Positions 10,004 to 20,153 of a stretch of 64,000 nucleotides of DNA are shown here, piece after piece. The notes beneath the pieces are model-generated. The model ran no database searches and was not told the DNA's origin. It saw only the letters and a list, made by a program, of their open reading frames with translations. The stretch is from Candidatus Heimdallarchaeota archaeon (lineage in GTDB: Archaea > Asgardarchaeota > Heimdallarchaeia > Hodarchaeales > Hodarchaeaceae), in NCBI GenBank assembly GCA_011364965.1, contig RDOB01000002.1, forward strand, positions 1 to 64,000, read 5' to 3'. The position numbers and the translations under genes were made by a program. Numbering within the stretch: position 1 is the first letter of the stretch; every line of letters starts with the position of its first letter.

Positions 10004-11275
10004 ATGAAAATTCAAAAAATTCACTCTCGAGAAGTTTTTGACTCTCGTGGCAATCCAACTGTTGAGGTTGAATGTTATCTAGATGATGGCGGTTTCACTA
10101 AAGCTATGGTGCCGTCCGGTGCCAGTACTGGAATATATGAGGCATTAGAGCTCAGGGATGGAGGCAAACGCTTAATGGGAAAATCAGTGTCTAAAGCAGT
10201 GAATAATGTAAACAAAATTGCTCCTAAATTGATTGGAATCGATCCCAGAAACCAGACAGAAATAGATAAAGTTCTTTTAGATGAGGATGGAACTGAAAAC
10301 AAGTCAAATCTGGGAGCAAATGCTATTTTAGGTATTTCTATGGCTATATGTAAAGCTGGAGCTAAAAGCAAGGGAGTTCCGCTTTACAAACACATCGGGG
10401 ATCTTAGAGGGAATACAGAGTTTATATTACCTGTTCCAAGCTTAAATGTAATAAATGGCGGAAAACATGGAGGAAATGAGCTTGCGTTCCAAGAATATAT
10501 GCTAATGCCAGTGGATGCTCCGAGCTTCAAGGAAGGTCTTGTTTTAGGAGTAGAAGTATATCATACCTTGAAAAATATAATTAAAAAGAAGTATGGTGTA
10601 ACAGCGATTAATGTTGGCGATGAAGGCGGTTTTGCTCCCCCCTTAAAGCACGTTGAGGAACCATTAAAGTTATTAATGGCTGCTATTGATGAAGCTGGGC
10701 ATACAGGAAAATTTAAAATTGCACTCGATCCTGCAGCATCTGAATTTTATAGTGAGGGAAAGTATATCGTTGATGGAAGAGCTCTTGATTCAAAGGAATT
10801 TATGGGGATGTATGAGGAGTTTATTGAGAAATATCCAATAATTTCAATCGAAGATGCCTTCGACCAAGATGATTGGACGACTTTTCAGACATTTACCTTA
10901 CGAAATGGAAAAAAAATCCAAATTGTGGGTGATGATCTTCTTGTAACGAATGTAAAAAGAATTCAAACAGCAATTGAGAAACAAGCTTGTAATGCTCTTC
11001 TACTAAAAGTCAACCAAATAGGATCAGTGACTGAAAGTATTGCTGCTGCAAAATTATCCCAAGATAACCAATGGGGTGTCATGGTGTCTCACCGAAGTGG
11101 AGAGACCGAGGACTCTTTTATTGCAGATCTAGTTGTAGGTTTAAAGACTGGACAGATTAAAACTGGTGCTCCTTGTCGATCTGAGAGATTAGCGAAGTAT
11201 AATCAATTGATAAGAATCGAGGATTATTTAGGCAATGAAGCAAGTTATGCAGGTCTAAACTTCAGGCAATTATAG
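10004..11275 (+). CDS. eno: Enolase
   Basis: [48 protein letters not shown]. Confidence 0.98.
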   Translation: MKIQKIHSREVFDSRGNPTVEVECYLDDGGFTKAMVPSGASTGIYEALELRDGGKRLMGKSVSKAVNNVNKIAPKLIGIDPRNQTEIDKVLLDEDGTENKSNLGANAILGISMAICKAGAKSKGVPLYKHIGDLRGNTEFILPVPSLNVINGGKHGGNELAFQEYMLMPVDAPSFKEGLVLGVEVYHTLKNIIKKKYGVTAINVGDEGGFAPPLKHVEEPLKLLMAAIDEAGHTGKFKIALDPAASEFYSEGKYIVDGRALDSKEFMGMYEEFIEKYPIISIEDAFDQDDWTTFQTFTLRNGKKIQIVGDDLLVTNVKRIQTAIEKQACNALLLKVNQIGSVTESIAAAKLSQDNQWGVMVSHRSGETEDSFIADLVVGLKTGQIKTGAPCRSERLAKYNQLIRIEDYLGNEASYAGLNFRQL

Positions 11276-11578
11276 TTTTATAATTCCTTTTTCTTATTTT
11301 CAAATGATCTAATGTTTGAATGATTTGAAACTACATATATTGTTAATTAATTTTCTATTTAAGTAATACATGAAGCATCAAATGAAATTCATAAACATTC
11401 CAGCCAATTTTCCCCTGAATAATTGCTTCATTTAACAGTGGAGATTGTAATATTGTATAAAATTACACTTTTATACCGCAATTAAAAATTGGCCACATGG
11501 CGAAAAACTCCGATTTTCAATATAAAATCGTCTATTAGTGCCTTATTTATGATAAATTTTTGGTATGTGTGTACTACT

Positions 11579-14029
11579 ATGTCCGAAACTAAGAATAAAA
11601 AAGACCGATACATTCTCTGGTTCGATGAGCTTAGGATCGCTGATGTACCTTTAGTTGGTGGTAAGAATGCCTCATTAGGTGAAATGTACCACTTCTTAAC
11701 TGAGAAAGGTGTTAAGATCCCAAATGGATTTGCAATCACTGCTGTTGCTTATAGGCATCTTCTTAAAGATGCTGGTATCGAGGATGATGTAAAAAATGCC
11801 CTTGCGGGCTTAGACACCCATGATATTAAAAATCTCCAAGAACGTGGACGAAAAGTCCGTCAAGTAGTCCGTTATGCTAAACTTCCTTTAGATCTTGAAG
11901 ATGAAATTCGAGTTGCTTATAGAAAATTGTGTAAAGATATGGATCGTCCTGATATCGATGTAGCAGTACGTTCAAGTGCAACTGCTGAGGATCTTCCAGA
12001 TGCTTCTTTTGCTGGACAGCAGGAGACTTACCTGAACATTCGAGGAGAGGAGTCTCTTCTAGATGCATGTCGTTCTTGTTTCGCAAGTCTCTTTACTGAT
12101 CGTGCTATCAGCTATCGAGAAGACAAAGGTTTTGGTCATTTCGATGTATATTTATCCATTGCCGTACAGGTTATGGTTCGATCAGATGCAGCTTCTTCTG
12201 GAGTCATTTTCTCCATTGATACTGAATCTGGATTTAAAGATGCTGTATTTATTACTGGCGCATATGGATTAGGTGAAACAGTAGTTCAAGGAGCAGTAAA
12301 TCCAGATGAATTTTACGTATTCAAACCTACTTTAGAGAAAGGGGCTCGCCCAATTGTCGGAAAACGACTTGGTTCCAAAGAAATTATGATGGTTTATACT
12401 TCTGATCAGCGCCGGCCTACAAAAATTGTTGACACTCCTGAATCGATGCGACAACATTTTTGTATTACTGATGATGAAATCCTCAAATTAGGAAGATGGG
12501 CTGTTATAATCGAAGATCACTATGGTAAACCGATGGACATTGAATGGGCTAAAAATGGTGATGGTGACTATGAAGGTGATGGTGAGCTCTATATTGTGCA
12601 GGCCCGTCCTGAAACTGTTCACTCTCAGAAAACAGCCAATATTATTGAAACTTATGTCTTAAAAGAGAAAAGTAATATTTTGGTTACTGGACAAGCAGTT
12701 GGTTCAAAAATTGGCCAAGGAGCAGTAAATGTTATTGAAAGTTCCGCTAGGATCACTGAATTCAAGAAAGGCGAAGTTTTAGTAACAGACATGACTGATC
12801 CAGACTGGGAACCAATCATGAAAATTGCTAGTGCGATTGTTACGAATCGTGGAGGTCGAACTTGTCATGCAGCGATCGTATCCCGTGAACTAGGGATTCC
12901 AGCAATTATTGGAACAGAAAACGCTACAGAAAAACTCAAAGATCGTCAAGAAGTTACAGTTTCTTGTTCTGAAGGACAAGAAGGAATTATCTATGAAGGA
13001 ATTCTGCCATTCGAGGTTGAAACGATCCAACTTGATAAAATGCCTGAAACCCGTACAAAAATAATGATGAATGTTGGAATTCCAGAAAAGGCTTTTGATC
13101 AAGGTCAGATCCCTAATGATGGTGTTGGGTTAGCTAGACTTGAATTCATAATCAATTCTTATATTGGCATTCATCCTTTGGCCCTTTATCATTATGAAGA
13201 ATTGAAGAACAAGGCTGAGTCTGATCAAGAGATTCGAGATATAATCCGAAAAATCGATGAGAAAACTGCTGCATATGAAAACAAAAAAGAGTTTTTCATT
13301 GAAAATCTTGCCATGGGCATAGGAAGAATTGCTGCAGGATTCTATCCAAATGATGTTGTTGTTCGATTATCCGACTTTAAGACAAATGAATATGCAAACC
13401 TGATTGGAGGACGGATATATGAACCTGTCGAGTCCAATCCCATGATTGGATGGCGTGGTGCTTCTCGATATTATGATGAAGAATTCAAACCAGCTTTCCA
13501 AATGGAGTGTGAAGCATTAAAACGGGTTCGTAATGACATGGGCCTTATCAATGTTATTGCCATGGTACCCTTTTGCAGAACCGTTGAAGAGGGCAAGAAA
13601 GTTATCCAAATTATGAAGGAATCAGGTTTAAAACAAGGCGAGAACGGATTCCAGATTTATGTTATGGCTGAAATTCCCTCTAATGTAATTCAAGCAGATG
13701 GTTTTGCTGAAATCTTTGATGGTTTTTCAATAGGAAGTAACGATCTTACTCAGCTAGCACTTGGATTAGATCGTGATTCTGAACTAGTAGCTCATATATA
13801 TGATGAACGTAATGTTTCTGTTAAAAGATTAGTTGAATCTGTCATCAAAACCGCTAAAGCTACTGGACGGAAAATTGGTATTTGTGGTCAAGCTCCAAGC
13901 GATTTTCCAGAGTTTGCTACATTTTTGGTAGAGTGTGGTATTGATTCAATGAGTTTGAACCCTGATACTGTCGTGAAAACCAAACTCGACATTGCTGCTA
14001 AAGAAAAAGAACTTGGAATTTCGAAATAA
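11579..14029 (+). CDS. ppsA: Phosphoenolpyruvate synthase (pyruvate,water dikinase)
   Basis: VGGKNASLGE, VRSSATAEDLPDASFAGQQ, GGRTCHAAI phospho-His, GSNDLTQ; ATG 11579 chosen as start. Confidence 0.96.
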   Translation: MSETKNKKDRYILWFDELRIADVPLVGGKNASLGEMYHFLTEKGVKIPNGFAITAVAYRHLLKDAGIEDDVKNALAGLDTHDIKNLQERGRKVRQVVRYAKLPLDLEDEIRVAYRKLCKDMDRPDIDVAVRSSATAEDLPDASFAGQQETYLNIRGEESLLDACRSCFASLFTDRAISYREDKGFGHFDVYLSIAVQVMVRSDAASSGVIFSIDTESGFKDAVFITGAYGLGETVVQGAVNPDEFYVFKPTLEKGARPIVGKRLGSKEIMMVYTSDQRRPTKIVDTPESMRQHFCITDDEILKLGRWAVIIEDHYGKPMDIEWAKNGDGDYEGDGELYIVQARPETVHSQKTANIIETYVLKEKSNILVTGQAVGSKIGQGAVNVIESSARITEFKKGEVLVTDMTDPDWEPIMKIASAIVTNRGGRTCHAAIVSRELGIPAIIGTENATEKLKDRQEVTVSCSEGQEGIIYEGILPFEVETIQLDKMPETRTKIMMNVGIPEKAFDQGQIPNDGVGLARLEFIINSYIGIHPLALYHYEELKNKAESDQEIRDIIRKIDEKTAAYENKKEFFIENLAMGIGRIAAGFYPNDVVVRLSDFKTNEYANLIGGRIYEPVESNPMIGWRGASRYYDEEFKPAFQMECEALKRVRNDMGLINVIAMVPFCRTVEEGKKVIQIMKESGLKQGENGFQIYVMAEIPSNVIQADGFAEIFDGFSIGSNDLTQLALGLDRDSELVAHIYDERNVSVKRLVESVIKTAKATGRKIGICGQAPSDFPEFATFLVECGIDSMSLNPDTVVKTKLDIAAKEKELGISK

Positions 14030-14035
14030 ATTCCA
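14014..14035. terminator. Hairpin overlapping the ppsA stop, followed by a T-rich tract
   Basis: TGGAATTT-cgaaat-AAATTCCA between convergent genes. Confidence 0.4.
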
Positions 14036-14057
14036 GTTTCCTTCTATTTTTTTTAAA

Positions 14058-14387
14058 TTAATTTCTAGACAGATAATCTAAGCATTTTGAGCATTTATTT
14101 CCTAAACAACGCGTTTTTAGCAGAACTAGTCTTCTTTCTGTTGATATAATAGCCTCTGTTGGACATAAAGATCTGATCAATTCCTTCTGAGAAAACGAGA
14201 TAGCTTTTAAATTTAAATCCATTTCAATTTGATTTAATTCTTTTTGATAAATTTGTATATCTGAATCTAATGATTCTAAATGTCTACTTCGATACTTAAC
14301 ATACAGATTTATGTTAAATGCTATTAAAACTAGTAATAAGAAAAGGATGATTAGAAAAGCTAGAAGTTCAAGAGATAAAGCGGCCAA
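14058..14387 (-). CDS. Membrane-anchored protein with a degenerate ferredoxin (NuoI/EchF-like) domain
   Basis: N-terminal TM helix; LCPTEAI...RCLGNKCSKC; starts 3 bp after the upstream stop. Confidence 0.5.
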   Translation of the reverse strand: MAALSLELLAFLIILFLLLVLIAFNINLYVKYRSRHLESLDSDIQIYQKELNQIEMDLNLKAISFSQKELIRSLCPTEAIISTERRLVLLKTRCLGNKCSKCLDYLSRN

Positions 14388-14390
14388 TTC

Positions 14391-15395
14391 TCATTCCACA
14401 GCGCTGATCCTAAGTTCTGGATCATAGAATAATAATAAAAATCGGTTATTTAGTCCTCTCGAAAGAAGTTCTTTCATTCCAGAGTAATTTGAAACTTGTT
14501 GAGGAACAATATTAAAATATTTTATGTTGTCATTTGAGATCTGGATAGTTAAATGACAATTCCCTAAAATATTGGTAAATGTACTTGTACATTCTCCAAT
14601 TTTTGGAGGAATTGAAAAACCAGCATCATAGATTGGTTTAAATTCCCCTAATAAAACAGAAGCTTGATTCAATGCTAAAATCAATTCAGCATATGCAATT
14701 CTAAATAAGGTTGTCATATTATTCTCCGTTGTGTAAGAGAATTTAAGAAATCTAGATGCTGGAGGGTTAATTGTAGATGTTGTTTGATTTTTGGGTAGTA
14801 TACCTTGGATTCTTGTTATTGGGCCTGTAATTCCTAACTTCTTGATCTCTTCTGGTGTGAATAAGTCCTCATAGAATGAAGGGGAACTATATTCTATTTT
14901 TTCGACTTTTTTAGCAATTTTTATAGCAATATTCTTTTGTACGTCTAAAAATCGACGGATATTAGAAACTTGATCGCTCTCGAGAGGTGGTGGTGTTATC
15001 GCTGGCCTAACTAAATTCCAAGGAAACCTTTCTCTATTAATAACCTCAAATATTTGTTGATTAGCAATATAACCCCGATTAACTTCCATCTCTGCATTCT
15101 CGTTTTCTAAATAGTTAAAATAATTCGTGAATAAGCAAAAATATATCAAAGCTGTTTCTAAATTTAGCAGAAATCCACGATACCTCTGTAATACTACAGG
15201 TACCTTGACTCCAGATATATATTCGATTGCTTCAGACAAATGGATCTGACGACTTATCGAAAATAATGGAGATTCTTTCTCAAGGGTGTTGAATACCTCT
15301 TCAACTGGAAGATTTCGTTTACTGGCGAATTGTTTTCTTTTTTCTGAGATATATTCCTCTAAGTTAAAAGTTTGAGTATTCATGCATATTTCCAC
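14391..15395 (-). CDS. Degenerate group-4 [NiFe]-hydrogenase large subunit / NuoD-like protein lacking Ni-binding cysteines
   Basis: SEAIEYISGVKVP..RYRGFLLNLE, KLGITGPITRIQG and C-terminal YDPELR match the family pattern; RxCGxC and DPCxxC absent. Confidence 0.6.
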   Translation of the reverse strand: MEICMNTQTFNLEEYISEKRKQFASKRNLPVEEVFNTLEKESPLFSISRQIHLSEAIEYISGVKVPVVLQRYRGFLLNLETALIYFCLFTNYFNYLENENAEMEVNRGYIANQQIFEVINRERFPWNLVRPAITPPPLESDQVSNIRRFLDVQKNIAIKIAKKVEKIEYSSPSFYEDLFTPEEIKKLGITGPITRIQGILPKNQTTSTINPPASRFLKFSYTTENNMTTLFRIAYAELILALNQASVLLGEFKPIYDAGFSIPPKIGECTSTFTNILGNCHLTIQISNDNIKYFNIVPQQVSNYSGMKELLSRGLNNRFLLLFYDPELRISAVE

Positions 15396-15620
15396 TTAAT
15401 AAAGCCCTAAGAGATGTGTTCTAACGTTAAATATGAATTCTTAATTAGCATTCTGAAGTCTTCAGCTATCCTTAACATTTCCTAAGAGATTTACAATATA
15501 TTTGTATCTATACTTTGTACGTAATATAGCTTTACTCAACCGCGCTAGAAATAGATAAATTAGCTTTTCAATTATTGGTGAAATAAGTGCTTAATTCTTC
15601 AAAGACTACAGTGGAGTGAC

Positions 15621-17735
15621 ATGAATTTGCGCTTTCGTCCTGAAAGAATGAAGATCGCAAAAATTACTCTTCAAAAAGACCAGAGTAGGGAATTTCTAAA
15701 AAAAGTTGGCGAGAAATTTGAGTTGGAATTTATTGATCTTGTTAAAACAGCTAAGATCGAACCTACAGCTCCAACAGAGTTAGAAAACAGGATTAATAAA
15801 GTCCATTATGAATATGCTCAATTAATTCAGTTATTAAAAGAACTTAACTACTATCCTAGGGATAAATCAGTTTCATTAGAAAAATCAACACTTGAAGAAT
15901 TCATAAAGGATGCACTAAACTTACTGAGTCGAACAAAGGATCTAAGTCAGGATCTTGAACGTTTAAAAGTAAATAGAGAGCAATTTATTTATTTTGAAGG
16001 TCTTCTGGGTGCATTAGATAAAATTAAGGCCCTTAATCTGCAAAATATACAAGATATAGGAGAGGGTACTCATTTTTACGCTACAGTAGGATTTCTCAAA
16101 ATTATTCATGTCTATCGGCTTGAGATGGCCCTTGATCAACTAACAGCGGGAAATTATTTATTTGAAACAATTGGTGATGAAAAACTTCAATCTCTTTGTT
16201 TAATTGGGGTAGATAAAGGTTTTAAGGGAGCTCTAAACCGTTTACTAAGTACTCTTAATTTTGAAGAAGTGATTTTTCCTGAAAAATTAAAAGGTTCTCC
16301 ATCTGAAGCCTTTGAACAGCTATCTAGAGATAAATTACATCTGAATGAGGAAATTGATAAGTTAAAATCGAATATACAATCATCTATTGATGAAAATATT
16401 GTTCAACTTTTTGCCATGGAAGAGCAATTAGGGATTGAACTTAAACGTATTGATTTGATAAGGAAAAGTCAACTTAGGAATAATCTCCTTACTTTTTGGG
16501 CTTGGCTTCCAAAAAATCAAGAGAAACAATTTGAGCGTGAGATAAGAAAAATTGATTCTTCCTTACAACTCAAAATTCACTCTCCTGATCTTGAAAGTGG
16601 AGAATTCCCGACAAAAATCAGTAATAATATATATTCACGTTCTTTCGAGGGTTTGGTTCACGGATTCGGAACACCAGGATACAATGAATGGGATCCAACT
16701 AAATTTCTTAGCATTTTTATCCCAATTTTCTTTGGAATCATGTTTGGTGATTTTATTGACGGATTAGTTGTTTTTTTGATTGGATTATATGGTTTAAAGT
16801 TAAATCCAAAGAAATATTCGAAAAATTCGATGTTAGCGGAGTTACAGACATATTTTGATCGTGGAGGGCCAGTTTTAGTTACAATAGGAATAAGCGCTAT
16901 GATTTTTGGTATTCTATTTGGAAGTTATAGAGGTTTAGGAGGGAGTCATGCTCATGAAGCTGGATTAGATCCACTTTGGTTCAGTCCTGAAGCTGAGGGA
17001 GGTCAGTTTGCGCTGCTTGAACTAGCAATAGTACTCGGAGCTATTACAATTGGAATTGCTTTGATTTTTCAATTTATTCAAGTTTGGTCACATAACAAGA
17101 GTGAAGCAATATTCCTACCTGGAATGTTTTTCATTTTTTATTTATGCCTCATCCTTTTGCTTTTCTCGTTTGGTCCAGATCCAATGAAATGGATTTCAGA
17201 GACAACAGGTCAAGTTGATCTTTTAGCTTTACAAATTAAAACAGCTGAGAGTTGGATCGGACATTTATTAGGATTAGATTGGGTAAGAAACGTTGGAATC
17301 CCTGTATTTGGAATATTTGGATTCAGTTATCCAATGTTTTTCCTTATTGTGTCGTTAATTATGACAACTGGTTATCATTTTCGACTTGGAATGGATGGAA
17401 TGTCTGAATGGCTAGATTACTTGATCACTATGATTTCAAACACCATTTCTTTTGCACGAATATTTGCATATAACATTGTACATGGCTCACTTTCTTTAGT
17501 TTTCATTCAACTATTCGCTGGCTCAATTACTCCTGGAATGACAAGTTTCGAGGTTCTACTTGCCTATATCCCAGGAATGATTATTGGAGCTCCGATTGTC
17601 ATTGGATTAGAATTATTAGTCTCTTTCTTGCAATCTCTGCGTCTTTGTTGGGTTGAATTCTTTGGAAAACTGCATTACGTGGGTTCTGGTTTCAAATTTA
17701 ATCCTTTTCATGAATTACGTATGTTTTCGAGGTAA
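15621..17735 (+). CDS. A/V-type ATP synthase subunit I (a)
   Basis: PGYNEWDPT, FFGIMFGD, SNTISFARI (essential Arg), LQSLRLCWVEFFGK. Confidence 0.93.
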   Translation: MNLRFRPERMKIAKITLQKDQSREFLKKVGEKFELEFIDLVKTAKIEPTAPTELENRINKVHYEYAQLIQLLKELNYYPRDKSVSLEKSTLEEFIKDALNLLSRTKDLSQDLERLKVNREQFIYFEGLLGALDKIKALNLQNIQDIGEGTHFYATVGFLKIIHVYRLEMALDQLTAGNYLFETIGDEKLQSLCLIGVDKGFKGALNRLLSTLNFEEVIFPEKLKGSPSEAFEQLSRDKLHLNEEIDKLKSNIQSSIDENIVQLFAMEEQLGIELKRIDLIRKSQLRNNLLTFWAWLPKNQEKQFEREIRKIDSSLQLKIHSPDLESGEFPTKISNNIYSRSFEGLVHGFGTPGYNEWDPTKFLSIFIPIFFGIMFGDFIDGLVVFLIGLYGLKLNPKKYSKNSMLAELQTYFDRGGPVLVTIGISAMIFGILFGSYRGLGGSHAHEAGLDPLWFSPEAEGGQFALLELAIVLGAITIGIALIFQFIQVWSHNKSEAIFLPGMFFIFYLCLILLLFSFGPDPMKWISETTGQVDLLALQIKTAESWIGHLLGLDWVRNVGIPVFGIFGFSYPMFFLIVSLIMTTGYHFRLGMDGMSEWLDYLITMISNTISFARIFAYNIVHGSLSLVFIQLFAGSITPGMTSFEVLLAYIPGMIIGAPIVIGLELLVSFLQSLRLCWVEFFGKLHYVGSGFKFNPFHELRMFSR

Positions 17736-17774
17736 ATATTAGGCTCTATAATATAATTAAAAGCATTAGGCGAC

Positions 17775-18857
17775 TTGAATATGTTTAGACAATTGACCGA
17801 AGCGAGAACTTACTCATATATTAATGCACGAATTAAAGCTCGTCGAAGTCGATTATTAACCGCTTCTGATTACGAAAAATTGCTTTTAGGTACTATCAAT
17901 GAAGGATTATCATATCTAGGTAATTTTCCATTATATGCTCATCTTCGTGAAAAGCTCTCACCAACAGAAGCCAATTTTAGCGTTCTATTCGAGAATCAAA
18001 TTAAATCTGACTTCTTTGAAGAAATTTCTTTGCTTAAAACAAAGATTCCAGAGGAAACAACCGCATTTATAAATGACTATTTAAGAAAATATTTTATTTT
18101 TAGCTTAAAGGTTATTTTACGAAATATTGATATGAAGAAACTGGAACCATTACCTATAGAGGAAATTTTTGTTGCATCAGCAGAGGAAAAATCAGAACTA
18201 ATTAATTTATCGGGAACCATAAGAATTGATGAAACAATAAATATGCTAAGTGTTCCATGGATTCGCAATGCACTTGTAAATGCATTACCTGAATATCAGA
18301 ACAAAAAAAATATCCTTATTTTAGAAGATACGTTGGATAAGGCATTTTATAAACATTTGTGGGAAAAGAGTTTATTAAAATTAAAGGGAGCTGATTATAG
18401 AATAGGAAAAAAGCTAATTGGTACAGAAATTGATCTATTCAATTTGAATATCGTCCTTCGAGGAGTAGTTCTAAAATTATCTCAGAGTGAAATATTGAAT
18501 CAACTAATCCCAATCTCTTTTCGACTTGGTAGCATTGAGGATCTTATGGAAACGACAAATACATTGCAGGACGTATTAGAATACCTCAATTCAACGGTGT
18601 ACAGTGATCTTGCCAATTTTGTGTATAAAAATTACTTGGATATAAATTCGATTGAGATATTAGATCAAAAAAAACAAGAATCATTTATTAGAACATTATT
18701 TGAGATAACTGCTGGATATCCTTTTCATATAGGTATCTTCTTAGTTTATATGGTACTTCGTATACAAGAAATTGATAATCTTAGAATCATCTTCGGAGCG
18801 AAAGCTAAAGATATTGATCTTGATTTCGCTCGGAGTTTACTAATTTACTTTAAATAA
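17775..18857 (+). CDS. A/V-type ATP synthase subunit C (d)
   Basis: YSYINARIKARRSRLL, EIDLFNL, EIDNLRII; lies between I and K. Confidence 0.88.
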   Translation: MNMFRQLTEARTYSYINARIKARRSRLLTASDYEKLLLGTINEGLSYLGNFPLYAHLREKLSPTEANFSVLFENQIKSDFFEEISLLKTKIPEETTAFINDYLRKYFIFSLKVILRNIDMKKLEPLPIEEIFVASAEEKSELINLSGTIRIDETINMLSVPWIRNALVNALPEYQNKKNILILEDTLDKAFYKHLWEKSLLKLKGADYRIGKKLIGTEIDLFNLNIVLRGVVLKLSQSEILNQLIPISFRLGSIEDLMETTNTLQDVLEYLNSTVYSDLANFVYKNYLDINSIEILDQKKQESFIRTLFEITAGYPFHIGIFLVYMVLRIQEIDNLRIIFGAKAKDIDLDFARSLLIYFK

Positions 18858-18910
18858 TGAGAAATTAAAATAAAAATCACTTAAGAATAATTAAAGAAAA
18901 CAAATTAGAT

Positions 18911-19285
18911 ATGGATGTATCACAAGTGAATTCAAAACAGATGAAGCAAATAATCAGAGTACAGTTTGTATTAGCCATTCTAGTTATGATAATAATCTGG
19001 GTGACCTTAATGGTTTCAACTGTAGCTGCTAGTACTGGAAGTACGCAGGAAGTGACTCAAAGCGACAATCTTTCTGGTTTAGGTATAGGTGCAGGATTAG
19101 CGATTGGTCTTGCAGGACTAGGCGCAGGTGTGGGCTTGGGTACTGCAAGCTCAGCCGCTATAGGTGCTATTTCCGAAAGACCAGAGATGTTTGGTCGTAC
19201 AATCATATTTGTAGCCTTCATTGAAGGGATTGGTGTATTCGGATTCGTAATTGCTTTCTTATTATACCTAGCAATCGGTGGTTGA
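18911..19285 (+). CDS. A/V-type ATP synthase subunit K (c, proteolipid) with N-terminal leader
   Basis: Gly-rich GLAGLGAGVG, ERPE loop, ion-binding Glu in FIEGIG. Confidence 0.92.
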   Translation: MDVSQVNSKQMKQIIRVQFVLAILVMIIIWVTLMVSTVAASTGSTQEVTQSDNLSGLGIGAGLAIGLAGLGAGVGLGTASSAAIGAISERPEMFGRTIIFVAFIEGIGVFGFVIAFLLYLAIGG

Positions 19286-19295
19286 ACTACCATTC

Positions 19296-19354
19296 CGCGA
19301 AATGGGGAAGATGGCACATAAATCCCCTTGAATTGCTTATTTCCCATTTTCGCG
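19296..19354. other. GC-rich stem-loop between convergent operons (terminator or structured 3' element)
   Basis: CGCGAAATGGGGAA ... TTCCCATTTTCGCG, about 14-bp stem. Confidence 0.5.
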
Positions 19355-19382
19355 CATAAAAAAGAATTATAACTAGACTAAC

Positions 19383-19682
19383 CTAATCAGAATTTTCTTT
19401 GATTATTTGTCTTAAATAATAACCTCTAATACTCTCTTTTTTGCTTTTGATAACTGGGTTTCTTGCTATATAATATAGTTCAAGTATGGAGATAATGAAG
19501 AATAGAAGAATAGTAAAAATTATTATAATCTCAGAAAGTGGCGATTCTTGCTCATTTGCAAGAAAAACTCCAATAATTGTGCCAGCAATAACCATCACAG
19601 GGATATTAAACGCAGCAGCTGCAATATTTGCTGGTGTATATAGATTTTTACGCTTCGGTTTGTCAGTGTTCATTGGTCTCAA
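19383..19682 (-). CDS. Small two-TM membrane protein, possibly AtpZ/AtpI-like
   Basis: Two hydrophobic helices with IAGTIIGVFL pattern; 3 bp after the coxS-like stop. Confidence 0.55.
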   Translation of the reverse strand: MRPMNTDKPKRKNLYTPANIAAAAFNIPVMVIAGTIIGVFLANEQESPLSEIIIIFTILLFFIISILELYYIARNPVIKSKKESIRGYYLRQIIKENSD

Positions 19683-19685
19683 TCA

Positions 19686-20153
19686 TTATTTCAGTTCATA
19701 AATACTATCAATAATTTGTTTATATCCCGTACAACGACAAATTATTCCATTTATCCCCTTTTTGATTGATAACAGATCCAAATTTCTCTTATTTTTAATT
19801 AAATAATAACCTACAAGCAAGAATGCAGAAGTGCAAAATCCACATTGAATTGCGCCATTTTTAACAAATGAATTTTGTAACTTTTGAAATAATTCATCTT
19901 CTAAAAGGCCTTCAACAGTCATTATTGATTTATTTCTAATTTCGTGAGATAAAACTAAGCAAGATTTCATCGGTTTGCCATCTATTAGTACTGTACAGAT
20001 TCCGCAGTCCCCTGACCAACAAGCTGCTTTAACTGATTTAATACCTAACTTTAGTCTTAAAACATCTAATAATGTTTCATTAGGTTTAACAGATATTTTG
20101 TGTTCTATATTATTGACATTTATAATGAGGGATTCGGATTCATTCACGATCAT
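19686..20153 (-). CDS. Molybdenum hydroxylase 2Fe-2S small subunit (CoxS/XdhC-like)
   Basis: CWSGDCGICTV, QCGFCT, CRCTGY. Confidence 0.93.
   Translation of the reverse strand: MIVNESESLIINVNNIEHKISVKPNETLLDVLRLKLGIKSVKAACWSGDCGICTVLIDGKPMKSCLVLSHEIRNKSIMTVEGLLEDELFQKLQNSFVKNGAIQCGFCTSAFLLVGYYLIKNKRNLDLLSIKKGINGIICRCTGYKQIIDSIYELK

Noticed and set aside
19283-19354. Selenocysteine read-through of the atpK UGA with a SECIS-like hairpin
   Set aside because: Subunit c is already complete at the UGA, read-through adds only about 12 residues, and no AUGA/GA SECIS core is visible
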